Part shown: in pieces, positions 22,167 to 31,715 of the stretch
Layout: every line of letters starts with the position of its first letter
How positions within the stretch are numbered: the stretch's first letter is position 1
Assembly: GCA_963716255.1 (NCBI GenBank)
Contig: OY970303.1
Coordinates: forward strand, 5,536,001 to 5,600,000
Direction of reading: 5' to 3'
DNA from: an uncultured Gemmatimonadales bacterium
Lineage (GTDB): Bacteria > Gemmatimonadota > Gemmatimonadetes > Longimicrobiales > Longimicrobiaceae
DNA length: 64,000 nucleotides
Translations under genes and position numbers: made by a program
Notes under the pieces: model-generated
What the model saw: the letters and a program-made list of their open reading frames with translations, nothing else
Told to the model about the DNA's origin: nothing
Databases searched by the model: none

Positions 22167-22576
22167 GCACCGTGGACGACTGCCGCCTCCTGGAGCTGCC
22201 CAGGATGCAGAGCGCGGCGGGGAGCATCACCCCGGTGGAGGGCGGGCGGGAGGTGCCCTTCGCCATCGAGCGCGTCTACTACCTGTACGACGTGCCGGGG
22301 GGGGAGTCGCGGGGGGGGCACGCCCACCGCGCGCTGCAGCAGCTGATCGTTTCCGTGATGGGATCGTTCGACATCGTGCTGGACGACGGCGCGTCCAGGA
22401 AGACCGTGCGGCTCGACCGCGCCTACCAGGGACTGTACGTCCCCCGGCTGATCTGGCGCGAGCTGATCAACTTCTCGTCCGGCGGCATCTGCATGGTGCT
22501 GGCCTCGCAGCCGTACGAGGAGGCCGACTACATCCGCGACTACACCGAGTTCCTGGAATGCAAACGGCTCCCCTGA
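22163..22576 (+). CDS. dTDP-6-deoxy-4-keto-hexose 3,4-ketoisomerase (FdtA/QdtA)
   Basis: [21 protein letters not shown] catalytic His pair, GLYVP..IWRE, DYIRDY.EF. Confidence 0.88.
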   Translation: MSTVDDCRLLELPRMQSAAGSITPVEGGREVPFAIERVYYLYDVPGGESRGGHAHRALQQLIVSVMGSFDIVLDDGASRKTVRLDRAYQGLYVPRLIWRELINFSSGGICMVLASQPYEEADYIRDYTEFLECKRLP

Positions 22577-23673
22577 GCGTCCCCTTTCTCGACCTCGCGG
22601 CCCCCTACGAGGAGCTTCGCTCCGGGATCGACGAGGCGGTGCAGCGCGTCCTGTCCGGCGGCTGGTACCTGCTGGGCGGGGAGCTGCGCGCCTTCGAGGA
22701 GGAGTACGCCGCCTTCTGCGGCGCGCGGGAGTGCATCGGGGTGGGAAACGGGCTGGACGCGCTGCACCTGATCCTGCGCGCCATGGACATCGGCCCGGGG
22801 GACGAGGTGATCGTGCCCTCCAACACCTTCATCGCCTCGTGGCTGGCGGTGAGCCAGACGGGGGCGACGCCGGTGCCGGTGGAGCCGGACCCGCGCACCT
22901 ACAACCTGGACCCGGCGCGCATCGAGGCGGCGGTGACCGGGCGGACGCGCGCGATCATGGCGGTGCACCTGTACGGCCAGCCGGCGGACATGGACGCCAT
23001 CGGCCAGGTGGCGGCGCGCCACGGGCTGCGGGTGGTGGAGGACGCGGCGCAGGCGCAGGGCGCCCGCTGCCGCGGCCGGCGCGCGGGCGCCCTGGGCGAC
23101 GCGGCGGCGTGGAGCTTCTATCCCGGAAAGAACCTGGGCGCGCTGGGCGACGCGGGCGCCGTGACCACGGACGACCCGGAGCTGGCTGAGCGCATCCGGG
23201 TGCTGCGCAACTACGGGAGCCGGGTCAAGTACGTGCACGAGGTGGAGGGCGTCAACAGCCGCCTGGACGAGATCCAGGCGGCCGTGCTGCGGGTCAAGCT
23301 GGGCCGGCTGGACGAGTGGAACGCCCGCCGCCGCGCCGTCGCGGAGGTGTACGGCGCCGCGCTCGCGGACAGCGGCGTGGTGCTGCCGCACGTGCCGGAG
23401 TGGGCGGAGCCGGTGTGGCACCTGTACGTGGTGCGCGTCTCCCGCCGGGACGCGCTGCAGCGCGCGCTGGCGGAGCAGGGGATCGGCACGCTGGTGCACT
23501 ACCCCACGCCGCCGCACCTCCAGGGGGCGTACCGCTCGCTGGGGATGGGGCCGGGCACCTTCCCCGTCTCGGAGGAGATCCACCGGGAGGTCCTCAGCCT
23601 CCCCATCGGGCCGCACCTGGCCGTGGAGGACGCGCGCTTCGTCGCCGACGCGGTGAGGGCGGCGCTCCGATGA
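22558..23673 (+). CDS. PLP-dependent sugar aminotransferase (FdtB/QdtB, DegT/DnrJ family)
   Basis: [58 protein letters not shown]. Confidence 0.92.
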   Translation: MQTAPLSVPFLDLAAPYEELRSGIDEAVQRVLSGGWYLLGGELRAFEEEYAAFCGARECIGVGNGLDALHLILRAMDIGPGDEVIVPSNTFIASWLAVSQTGATPVPVEPDPRTYNLDPARIEAAVTGRTRAIMAVHLYGQPADMDAIGQVAARHGLRVVEDAAQAQGARCRGRRAGALGDAAAWSFYPGKNLGALGDAGAVTTDDPELAERIRVLRNYGSRVKYVHEVEGVNSRLDEIQAAVLRVKLGRLDEWNARRRAVAEVYGAALADSGVVLPHVPEWAEPVWHLYVVRVSRRDALQRALAEQGIGTLVHYPTPPHLQGAYRSLGMGPGTFPVSEEIHREVLSLPIGPHLAVEDARFVADAVRAALR

Positions 23674-25112
23674 AGGCCGCGCTGCGCGCCACCACCGTCC
23701 TGGCGAGCGGGTCCGCCGTGACGGTGGTGGTGGGGATCGTCTCCGCGAAGGCGTGGGCGCTCCTGGTGGGACCCTCGGGGATGGGCCAGCTGGCGCTGCT
23801 TCAGGGGATGGTGGGGCTGGGCGGGATCGTGGCCGGGGTGGGGCTGAACAGTGCGCTGGTGCAGATGGGCGCGAGCGCGCGGGGCCGCGGCGACGAGGCG
23901 ACGGTCGCCGCCTCGCGCGTGGCGGCGCAGCGCCTGACGCTGGCGCTCGCCGCCTGCGCGGCCGTGCTCGCCGCGCTCTTCCGAGTGCCGCTCTCCCGCT
24001 GGCTCCTGGCGGGCGAGCAGCACGCCGGGGCGGCGGCGCTGATGGGGCTGGCGGTGGGCTTCACCCTGCTCGCCAACACGCAGACGGGCGTGCTCAACGC
24101 GCACCACCGCGTGGGTGCCCTGGCGCGCACGGCCGTGCTGACCAGCGCGCTCGGGGGGGCGTTCAGCGTCGCGGTGCTGTGGGCGTGGCGCGAGCGCGGC
24201 ATCGCCTGGGCGGTGGTGGGCCCGGCGCTGGTGGGCTGGGCCGTCGCCGCCTGGATGGCCCGGCGCGAGGTGGGACCCGCCGGCCACGCTCCCGCGGACT
24301 CGGTGCGGCGGGCCACGCGGGGGCTGTTCGCCTTCGGGGTGCCGCACATGGCGGGGTCGCTGGTGGGCTCCGGGGTGCAGTTCGCGCTGCCCATGCTGGT
24401 GCTCGCGCAGCTGGGCGCCGACGGCGTGGGCTTCTTCCGCGCGGCGTGGACGCTCGCCATCGGCTACCTGGGCTTCCTGGTGACCGCCATGGGCCAGGAC
24501 TACTACCCCCGCGCCTCCGCCGCCGGGCCGGGCGAGCTGGAGCTGCTGGTGAACCAGCAGCTGCGGCTGGTGACGCTGCTGGGCGGCGCCGTCATCGTGG
24601 TCGCCCAGGTGGCGACGCCGTTCGTGCTCCCCCTGCTGTACGCCCCCAGCTTCGCCCCGGCCGCCGAGATCCTGGGGTGGCAGTGGCTGGGCAGCCTGGT
24701 GAAGCTGTGGGGGTGGGCGCTGGGGCTGGTGGTGCTGGCGCGCCTGGGGAGCCGCACGTACTTCGTGGGGGAGCTGGTGGGCGGAGCGAGCCTGCTGGCC
24801 GGGAGCGTCCTGGGGATGCGCTGGCTGGGGCTGGAGGGGCTGGGGGCGGGCTTCCTGCTCACCCAGGTGCTCTACACGGCGGTGGTGTGGGCGCTGGTGC
24901 GCCGCGGCACCGGGATCGCCCTGGCGGCGCGGACGTGGGGGTTGATGTTGGGCGCCTTCGCCGTGCTGGTGGGGCTCCGGCTGATCTCCGGGCTGGGGCT
25001 GGGCGCGGCCGGCTTCGCGGTGATGCTCCTCCTGGGCGCCGCGGCCGTGGCCTGCCACGGCTGGATCCTGTACAGGGAATTCAAACACCCGGACGTGGTG
25101 CTTTCGTCGTGA
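23670..25112 (+). CDS. wzx: Wzx-type oligosaccharide flippase
   Basis: About 12 hydrophobic segments, [24 protein letters not shown] motifs typical of WzxE-like flippases. Confidence 0.85.
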   Translation: MKAALRATTVLASGSAVTVVVGIVSAKAWALLVGPSGMGQLALLQGMVGLGGIVAGVGLNSALVQMGASARGRGDEATVAASRVAAQRLTLALAACAAVLAALFRVPLSRWLLAGEQHAGAAALMGLAVGFTLLANTQTGVLNAHHRVGALARTAVLTSALGGAFSVAVLWAWRERGIAWAVVGPALVGWAVAAWMARREVGPAGHAPADSVRRATRGLFAFGVPHMAGSLVGSGVQFALPMLVLAQLGADGVGFFRAAWTLAIGYLGFLVTAMGQDYYPRASAAGPGELELLVNQQLRLVTLLGGAVIVVAQVATPFVLPLLYAPSFAPAAEILGWQWLGSLVKLWGWALGLVVLARLGSRTYFVGELVGGASLLAGSVLGMRWLGLEGLGAGFLLTQVLYTAVVWALVRRGTGIALAARTWGLMLGAFAVLVGLRLISGLGLGAAGFAVMLLLGAAAVACHGWILYREFKHPDVVLSS

Positions 25113-26089
25113 ATGGTCGTGCTGCGGAGGCCGGACTCCCGCTGGTGAGCGTCGTCATGCCCGCCTACAACCACGAGCGCTTCGTGGAGGAGGCGGTGCG
25201 CGGCGTGTGGGCGCAGACGTATCCCAACCTGGAGCTGGTGGTGCTGGACGACGGCTCGCGCGACCGCACGCCCGAGATCCTCCGGCGGCTGCAGGCGGCG
25301 AGCCCCATCCCCATGCAGGTGGTCTGCAAGGACAACGAGGGAGTCACGCGGACGCTCAACCGCGGGCTGGCGCTCGCCCGCGGCGAGTACATCGCGCTGG
25401 GCTCCGGCGACGACCGCCACCTCCCGCACCACGTGGCGACGCTGGTGCGGGCGGCGCGCGAGGAGGCGCCGGGGACGGTGGTGCACGGCGACGTGTGCAT
25501 GATCGACGGCGCGGGGGAACGCACCGGCCGCAGGCTGTCGGACGACCACCCGTTCCGCAGCGGCTCCGTGTACGAGGAGCTGCTGCTGCTCAGGACCACG
25601 GTGCCGTCGATCGCGGCGCTGGTCCCCGCGGCGCTGTTCGCGGAGGCGGGCGGATACAACGAGGACAGCCTGCTGGACGACTGGGAGATGTTCCTCAAGC
25701 TCACCCGCCGGCACCCCGTCCGCTACGTCGCCGAGGTGGTGGCCGAGTACAGGGTCCACGGCGAGGGCCAGCTGACGCGCCAGGTGGCGAGGCTGCTGCC
25801 GGACCGGCTCCGCATCTTCGAGGAGAACGTCCGGGAGTATCCCCGCGCGCAGGATGCCCGCTGGCGGCGCGAGGCCCGCGGCCACCTGTACCGCCACGTC
25901 GCGGAGGGGTTCTACATCGTCCGCGACTTCGGCGAGGCCCGGCGCTGGCTCCTGCGGTCGCTCGCCCAGTGGCCGCTGCAGCCCAGGGCGGCGAAGCTCC
26001 TCGCGCGCTCGCTCCTGGGCGCACGCCTGGTGAGCCGGCTGAGCACGCTGCGGTCGCGGCGCGGGCGCGTGCCGGAGCCGAGCGCGTGA
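25109..26089 (+). CDS. Glycosyltransferase family 2
   Basis: PLVSVVMPAYNHE, LDDGSRD, N.G...TLNRGL..ARGEYI, GGYNE, DDWE, YRVH. Confidence 0.88.
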   Translation: MNGRAAEAGLPLVSVVMPAYNHERFVEEAVRGVWAQTYPNLELVVLDDGSRDRTPEILRRLQAASPIPMQVVCKDNEGVTRTLNRGLALARGEYIALGSGDDRHLPHHVATLVRAAREEAPGTVVHGDVCMIDGAGERTGRRLSDDHPFRSGSVYEELLLLRTTVPSIAALVPAALFAEAGGYNEDSLLDDWEMFLKLTRRHPVRYVAEVVAEYRVHGEGQLTRQVARLLPDRLRIFEENVREYPRAQDARWRREARGHLYRHVAEGFYIVRDFGEARRWLLRSLAQWPLQPRAAKLLARSLLGARLVSRLSTLRSRRGRVPEPSA

Positions 26090-26193
26090 GCGGGAGCGCG
26101 GCCGCCCGGCCCGCTCCGGGCGCCTCCCCCCGGGTGCACGCCGCTTCCTGACCGCCGCCGCCAAGAACCTCGACCGGCCCGACGACGGCCCGC

Positions 26194-27609
26194 ATGATCT
26201 TCAACTCTCTCGAGTACATCGCGTTCTTCGTGATCGCGGTGGGCGGCTACTTCCTGCTCCCGCAGCGCTTCCGCAACCGGTGGCTGCTGGCGGCCAGCCT
26301 GTACTTCTACATGAGCTGGTCGGCGCCGTTCATCCTGCTCATCCTGTACAGCACCACCATCGACTACTTCGTCGCGCTGCGATTGGACGCGACCGAAAAG
26401 CAGAGGACGAGGCGCGTGCTGCTGCTGGTGAGCCTGGTCACCAACTTCGGCGCGCTGTTCCTGTTCAAGTACTACGACTTCTTCGTCGACAGCTGGGGAG
26501 CGTTCACGGGGGGGACGCGGCCGGGGTGGAGCCCGCCGCTGCTGCAGCTGGTCCTGCCCCTGGGCATCTCGTTCTACACGTTCGAGGCGATCAGCTACAC
26601 CCTGGACGTGTACTGGCGCCGCTTCCCGGCGGAGCGCAGCTATCCGCGGCTGCTGCTCTTCATCATGTTCTTCCCCAAGCTGATCGCGGGGCCCATCGAG
26701 CGCGCCGGGCACCTGATCCCGCAGTTCGACCGCCGCACGGAGTTCGACTACCTGCGCGCGCGCGACGGGCTGGCGCAGATCCTGTGGGGAATGTTCAAGA
26801 AAGTGGTGATCGCGGACCGGCTGGCGATCTACGTGGACGCGGTCTATAATAACCCGCAGCACCACGTGGGCAGCACGCTCCTCCTGGCGACCCTCTTCTT
26901 CAGCTTCCAGGTCTACTGCGACTTTTCCGGGTACTCCGACATCGCGATCGGGACCGCGCGCATCCTGGGGATCGACCTCCTCCGCAACTTCCGGCGTCCG
27001 TACTTCGCCACCTCGTTCACGGACTTCTGGGCCCGCTGGCACATCTCGCTGTCCACCTGGTTCCGCGACTACCTGTACGTGCCGCTGGGCGGCAACCGGC
27101 GCGGGGAGTGGCGGCGGGACTTCAACGTGTTCATGGTCTTCCTGGTGAGCGGGATCTGGCACGGCGCCAACTGGACGTTCGTCTGGTGGGGGCTGTTCCA
27201 CGGGGTGCTCGTCTCGGCGCAGAACATCGGGGGGCGCTACGTGCGGCGGGTCCGCCCGGGATTCGTTCTCCCGAGGCCGGTGCGGGTGGGCGGCACCTTC
27301 GCCATGATCGTGCTCACCTGGGTGCTGTTCCGCGCCAACTCGCTGGCGGACGCGCGCCACGTGTATGCGCAGATCTTCTTCAACTTCGACGCGTCGCGCT
27401 TCTTCGTGAACGCGAGCAACATCGTATACGGCGTCTTCGGGATCCTGGTGCTGGTGGCGGGGGAGACGCTGACCGAGCGCGGCCTGTACCCGCGCATCTG
27501 GACCCCCGAGCTGCGCCCGGTGCGGTGGGGCGCGTACGTCGGCCTGGTCACCCTGATCCTGATGATCGGGGTGTTCACGGGCGGCGAGTTCATCTACTTC
27601 CAGTTCTGA
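26194..27609 (+). CDS. MBOAT family O-acyltransferase (AlgI/PatA/DltB-like)
   Basis: LPLGISFYTF, FFPKLIAGPIER, YCDFSGYSDIA, FWARWHISLSTWFRDYLY.PLGG, SGIWHGANWTF. Confidence 0.93.
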   Translation: MIFNSLEYIAFFVIAVGGYFLLPQRFRNRWLLAASLYFYMSWSAPFILLILYSTTIDYFVALRLDATEKQRTRRVLLLVSLVTNFGALFLFKYYDFFVDSWGAFTGGTRPGWSPPLLQLVLPLGISFYTFEAISYTLDVYWRRFPAERSYPRLLLFIMFFPKLIAGPIERAGHLIPQFDRRTEFDYLRARDGLAQILWGMFKKVVIADRLAIYVDAVYNNPQHHVGSTLLLATLFFSFQVYCDFSGYSDIAIGTARILGIDLLRNFRRPYFATSFTDFWARWHISLSTWFRDYLYVPLGGNRRGEWRRDFNVFMVFLVSGIWHGANWTFVWWGLFHGVLVSAQNIGGRYVRRVRPGFVLPRPVRVGGTFAMIVLTWVLFRANSLADARHVYAQIFFNFDASRFFVNASNIVYGVFGILVLVAGETLTERGLYPRIWTPELRPVRWGAYVGLVTLILMIGVFTGGEFIYFQF

Positions 27610-28553
27610 TGCGCACCCTGCTCCGGCGGCTGGCCGTGCTCCTGCTGCTCCTGGTGGCGGCCGACCAGGCGATCGGGCGGGCGCTGGCCCGCATGTTCTG
27701 GAGCCCGGCGAACACCGAGCTGGACGACATCTCGCCGGGGATCCGCTACGCCCCGCAGGTGGTGGTGTCGGGGAGCTCGCGCGCGAAGACGCACTACGTG
27801 GTGGACAGCCTGGGGGCGTACCTGGGGAAGCGGGCGTACAACTTCGGGCGGGACGGGCAGCGCTCCTCGCAGTACCACTACGCCGTCGCGCGGATGGTGC
27901 TGTCCCACGAGGTGCCGGAGCTGTGGCTGCTGGAGGTGGACGAGGGGGTGTTCGCGGGCGAGGAGGACACCGGGCGCCTGGCCGACCTGCTCCCCTTCGC
28001 GGACCGCTACCCCGCGGTGCGCGAGGTGGTGCGGGCGCGCTCGGCGACGGAGCCGCTGAAGCTGTGGTCGCGCATCTACCCGTACAACTCGCTGGCGCTG
28101 ACGCTGGTGAAGTCGCGGATCCGGCCCAATGGGCCGGTGGCGCGAAACGGCTTCCGCCCGCTCCGGGGCGAGCTCGCCGCCCCGGGCGCCTCCGCCGGGT
28201 TCGCCTCCGCCGCGGGGGAGCACGCCGCGGCCGGCAGGGTGAACGCGCGCAAGCTGGACTACCTGCGGCGCACCCTCCGCGAGCTGCGCGGCCGGGGCGT
28301 GCGGGTGGTGGCGGTGCGGAGCCCCGTGTACCCGGAGTCGCCGGAGGCGTGGCGGGCGCACCGCCGCGAGGGCGACCGGCTCCGCGCCCTGTTCGCGCGG
28401 CTGGGGGTCCGCTTCGTGGACATGCAGGCCACGGGCGACGGCGGCTTCGCGGACCCCGCGCTCTTCAGCGACGCCCGCCACCTCAACGAGGGCGGGGCCA
28501 CCCGCTTCACCCGGGCGCTCGCCGACTCCCTCCTGCGGGGGCCGTCGCGTTGA
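27609..28553 (+). CDS. SGNH-like periplasmic partner of the MBOAT (acyl-transfer protein)
   Basis: N-terminal anchor, GSSR block, N.G..G, C-terminal F.D..HLN..GA..FT (DxxH); ATG overlaps the MBOAT stop. Confidence 0.7.
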   Translation: MRTLLRRLAVLLLLLVAADQAIGRALARMFWSPANTELDDISPGIRYAPQVVVSGSSRAKTHYVVDSLGAYLGKRAYNFGRDGQRSSQYHYAVARMVLSHEVPELWLLEVDEGVFAGEEDTGRLADLLPFADRYPAVREVVRARSATEPLKLWSRIYPYNSLALTLVKSRIRPNGPVARNGFRPLRGELAAPGASAGFASAAGEHAAAGRVNARKLDYLRRTLRELRGRGVRVVAVRSPVYPESPEAWRAHRREGDRLRALFARLGVRFVDMQATGDGGFADPALFSDARHLNEGGATRFTRALADSLLRGPSR

Positions 28554-28573
28554 TCCGCCCCGGCGGGGCCGCG

Positions 28574-29677
28574 GTGCGCATCACGCTGGTCATCCCTTCG
28601 CTCGGCTCCGGCGGGGCGGAGCGGGTGATGTCCACGCTCGCCGGGATGTGGGCCGCGCGCGGGGAGGAGGTCACGCTGGTCACCAGCGAGCCGGCCGCGG
28701 CGGACTTCTTCCCCCTGCACCCGGCGGTGCGGCAGGTGTCGCTGGAGCTGCCCGCGCCTGCGGACCCGTCGCGGAAGGCGAAGCTCCTCCCCCACGTGCT
28801 GCGGATCGCGGCGGGGCTGCGGCGCGAGATCCGGGCGTCGCGGCCGGACGTGGTGGTGAGCTTCATGGAGGTCACCAACGTGCTTGCGCTGGTGGCCACC
28901 CGCGGCCTGCGCGTCCCGGTGATCGTGTCCGAGCGCACCGACCCCCGGCAGTACGGGGCGAGCCGGATCTGGCGGTGGCTGCGGCGGCGGCTCTACCCGC
29001 GCGCCGCCGCCGTGGTGGTGCAGACGGAGTCCGTGCGCGAGTGGGCGCTGGAGTTCCTGGCGGCGGAAAGGGTCCACGTGATCCCCAACCCCGTCCTCGC
29101 CCCGCCCGCCGCCGGGGAGCGCCGTCCCGGTCTCCCCGCCGGGCCGTTCGTGGTGGCGATGGGGCGGCTGCACTCCGACAAGGGCTTCGACCTGCTGCTG
29201 CGCGCCATCGCGCCCTCCCTGGAGCGGCACCCGGAGTGGTCGCTGCTGGTGCTGGGCGAGGGGCCCGACCGCGCCGCGCTGGAGGGGCTGGCGGCGGAGC
29301 TGGGGATCGCCGGCCGGGTGGGGTTCCCGGGGCGGGTCGCCGACCCGGACGCGGTGCTCGCCCACGCGGCGCTGTTCGTGCTCTCGTCGCGCTTCGAGGG
29401 ATTTCCCAACGCGCTGGTGGAGGCCATGGCGTGCGGGGTGGCGGTGGTGAGCGCCGACTGCCGCTCGGGGCCGGCGGAGATCGTCCGGGACGGCGTGGAC
29501 GGCGTCCTGGTGCCGCCGGGCGATGCGGACGCGCTGGGCGCCGCGATCGAGCGCCTGGTGTCGGACCCCGCGGAGCGGGAGCGCCTTGCCGCGCGGGCGC
29601 CGGAGGTGGTGGCGCGCTTCGGGGCGGAGGGAGTGCTGGAGATGTGGAACGAGCGGATCCGGGCGTGTGTCGCGTGA
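28574..29677 (+). CDS. Glycosyltransferase family 4 (PglJ/AmsD-like)
   Basis: SLGSGGAERV, VIVSER, VIPNP, GRL...KGFD, SSRFEGFPNALVEAMACG. Confidence 0.9.
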   Translation: MRITLVIPSLGSGGAERVMSTLAGMWAARGEEVTLVTSEPAAADFFPLHPAVRQVSLELPAPADPSRKAKLLPHVLRIAAGLRREIRASRPDVVVSFMEVTNVLALVATRGLRVPVIVSERTDPRQYGASRIWRWLRRRLYPRAAAVVVQTESVREWALEFLAAERVHVIPNPVLAPPAAGERRPGLPAGPFVVAMGRLHSDKGFDLLLRAIAPSLERHPEWSLLVLGEGPDRAALEGLAAELGIAGRVGFPGRVADPDAVLAHAALFVLSSRFEGFPNALVEAMACGVAVVSADCRSGPAEIVRDGVDGVLVPPGDADALGAAIERLVSDPAERERLAARAPEVVARFGAEGVLEMWNERIRACVA

Positions 29678-29741
29678 GTGCCGCGGCCCGGGAGCGGCGC
29701 GGCCGGGAACGCCGCGGGAACCAGCGCGTGGAGAGCGCCTG

Positions 29742-31715
29742 ATGTGCGGAATCGCCGGTTTCATCGACGCGTCCGGCGGCCGGGGGGAGGACGACCTCCG
29801 CCGCCTGGCCCGCGGCATGGCGGACCGCATCCGGCACCGCGGCCCGGACGACGGCGGGGAGTGGGCGGACGCCGGCGCGGGGGTCGCCTTCGGCTTCCGC
29901 CGCCTGGCCATCCAGGACCTGTCGCCGGCGGGGCACCAGCCCATGGAGTCGGCGTCGGGGCGCTACGTCGTCGCTTTCAACGGCGAGGTCTACAACTTCG
30001 GCGACATCCGCCGGGAGCTGGAGCGCGACGGCCTCGCCCCCCATTTCCGCGGGCACTCGGACACCGAGGTGATGCTCGCCGCCTTCGAGGCGTGGGGGCT
30101 GGCGGGGGCGCTCCCGCGCTTCGTCGGCATGTTCGCGATCGCGCTCTGGGACCGGCGGGAGCGGCTCCTGCACCTGGTGCGCGACCGGGTGGGGATCAAG
30201 CCGCTGTACTACGGCTGGAGCGGAGGGGCGCTGCTGTGGGGCTCGGAGCTGGCGGCGCTGCGCGGCCACCCCGCGTTCCGCGGCGAGGTGGACCGCGGCG
30301 CGCTGGGGCTCCTGCTGCGCCACGGCTACGTCCCCGCGCCGCACAGCATCTACCGGGGGATCCGCAAGCTCCCCCCGGGGACCACGCTGACCTTTTCGGG
30401 CGACGCGCTGCGGAACGGCGAATGGCCCGAGCCCGTCCCCTACTGGTCCGCCCGCGCCGTCGCCGAGGCCGGCGAGGCCGACCCCTTCGCCGGCACGGAC
30501 GAGGAGGCGGTCGAGCGGCTGGACGCGGCGATCCGCGACGCGGTGGGGCTGCGGATGATCGCCGACGTCCCCCTGGGGGCCTTCCTGTCGGGCGGGGTGG
30601 ACTCGTCGCTGGTGGCGGCGATGATGCAGGCGCAGAGCAGCCGGCCGGTGCGCACCTTCAGCATCGGCTTCCGCGAGGCCGCTTTCGACGAGGCGCCGCA
30701 CGCGCGGGCCGTGGCCCGGCACCTGGGCACCGACCACACCGAGCTGTACGTGTCGGCCGCGGACGCCATGCAGGTCATCCCGCGCCTCCCGTCGCTCTTT
30801 TCCGAGCCGTTCGCAGACAGCTCGCAGGTTCCCACCTACCTGGTGTCGGAGCTGGCGCGGCGGCACGTGACCGTGAGCCTTTCCGGCGACGGCGGCGACG
30901 AGCTGTTCGCCGGGTACACGCGCTACCCCCGCCTCGCCGGGCTGTCGGAGCGCATCGGCGCGGTCCCCCGCCCCCTCCGCGCGGGCGCCGCGGCGGCGAT
31001 GGCCGCGGCCGCCCCCGGCGGGCGCGCGCTCTGGAGCGGGGTGGGCGCGGTGGTCCCGGGGCGGTGGGGCCGCGGCAACCCCTGGGAGAAGGTGGCCAAG
31101 CTGGCGGACCTGCTGCGCGCGGAGGACGGCGAGACGCTGTACCGCAGGATGATCTCGCACTGGGACGACCCGTCCCTGGCGCTCCGCGGCGGGCACGCGG
31201 AATCGTCCAGCGTGCTGGCGACCCGCTCCGACTGGGCGTCGCTGCGCAGCCCGCTCCAGCGGCTGATGTACCTGGACACGGTGAGCTACCTCCCCGACGA
31301 CATCCTGGTGAAGGTGGACCGCGCCAGCATGGCCGTGAGCCTGGAGGCGCGCGTGCCGCTGCTGGACCACCGCGTGGTGGAGCTCGCCTGGCGCCTGCCG
31401 CTGCGCCTCAAGGTGCGCGGCGGCCAGGGGAAGTGGATCCTGCGCCGGGTGCTGGACCGGTACGTGCCCCGGGCGCTGATCGAGCGGCCCAAGATGGGCT
31501 TCGGGGTGCCGGTGGGCGAGTGGCTGCGGGGGCCGCTCCGCGACTGGGCCGAGCCGCTGCTGGACGAGCGGCGCCTGCGGGACGAGGGCTTCTTCGACCC
31601 CGCCCCCGTGCGCGCCCGCTGGCGCGAGCACCTGTCCGGCCGCTTCAACCGCGAGAGCCAGCTGTGGGGCGTGCTGATGTTCCAGGCCTGGCTGGCGGAG
31701 CAGGGAGGCGCGTGA
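29742..31715 (+). CDS. asnB: Asparagine synthase-like glutamine amidotransferase (polysaccharide amidation), paralog 1
   Basis: N-terminal MCGIAG, HRGPD, HQPM, FNGEVYN, SDTEV, LSGGVDSS, SGDGGDELF.GY, DRASMA.SLE.R.P.LD. Confidence 0.92.
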   Translation: MCGIAGFIDASGGRGEDDLRRLARGMADRIRHRGPDDGGEWADAGAGVAFGFRRLAIQDLSPAGHQPMESASGRYVVAFNGEVYNFGDIRRELERDGLAPHFRGHSDTEVMLAAFEAWGLAGALPRFVGMFAIALWDRRERLLHLVRDRVGIKPLYYGWSGGALLWGSELAALRGHPAFRGEVDRGALGLLLRHGYVPAPHSIYRGIRKLPPGTTLTFSGDALRNGEWPEPVPYWSARAVAEAGEADPFAGTDEEAVERLDAAIRDAVGLRMIADVPLGAFLSGGVDSSLVAAMMQAQSSRPVRTFSIGFREAAFDEAPHARAVARHLGTDHTELYVSAADAMQVIPRLPSLFSEPFADSSQVPTYLVSELARRHVTVSLSGDGGDELFAGYTRYPRLAGLSERIGAVPRPLRAGAAAAMAAAAPGGRALWSGVGAVVPGRWGRGNPWEKVAKLADLLRAEDGETLYRRMISHWDDPSLALRGGHAESSSVLATRSDWASLRSPLQRLMYLDTVSYLPDDILVKVDRASMAVSLEARVPLLDHRVVELAWRLPLRLKVRGGQGKWILRRVLDRYVPRALIERPKMGFGVPVGEWLRGPLRDWAEPLLDERRLRDEGFFDPAPVRARWREHLSGRFNRESQLWGVLMFQAWLAEQGGA

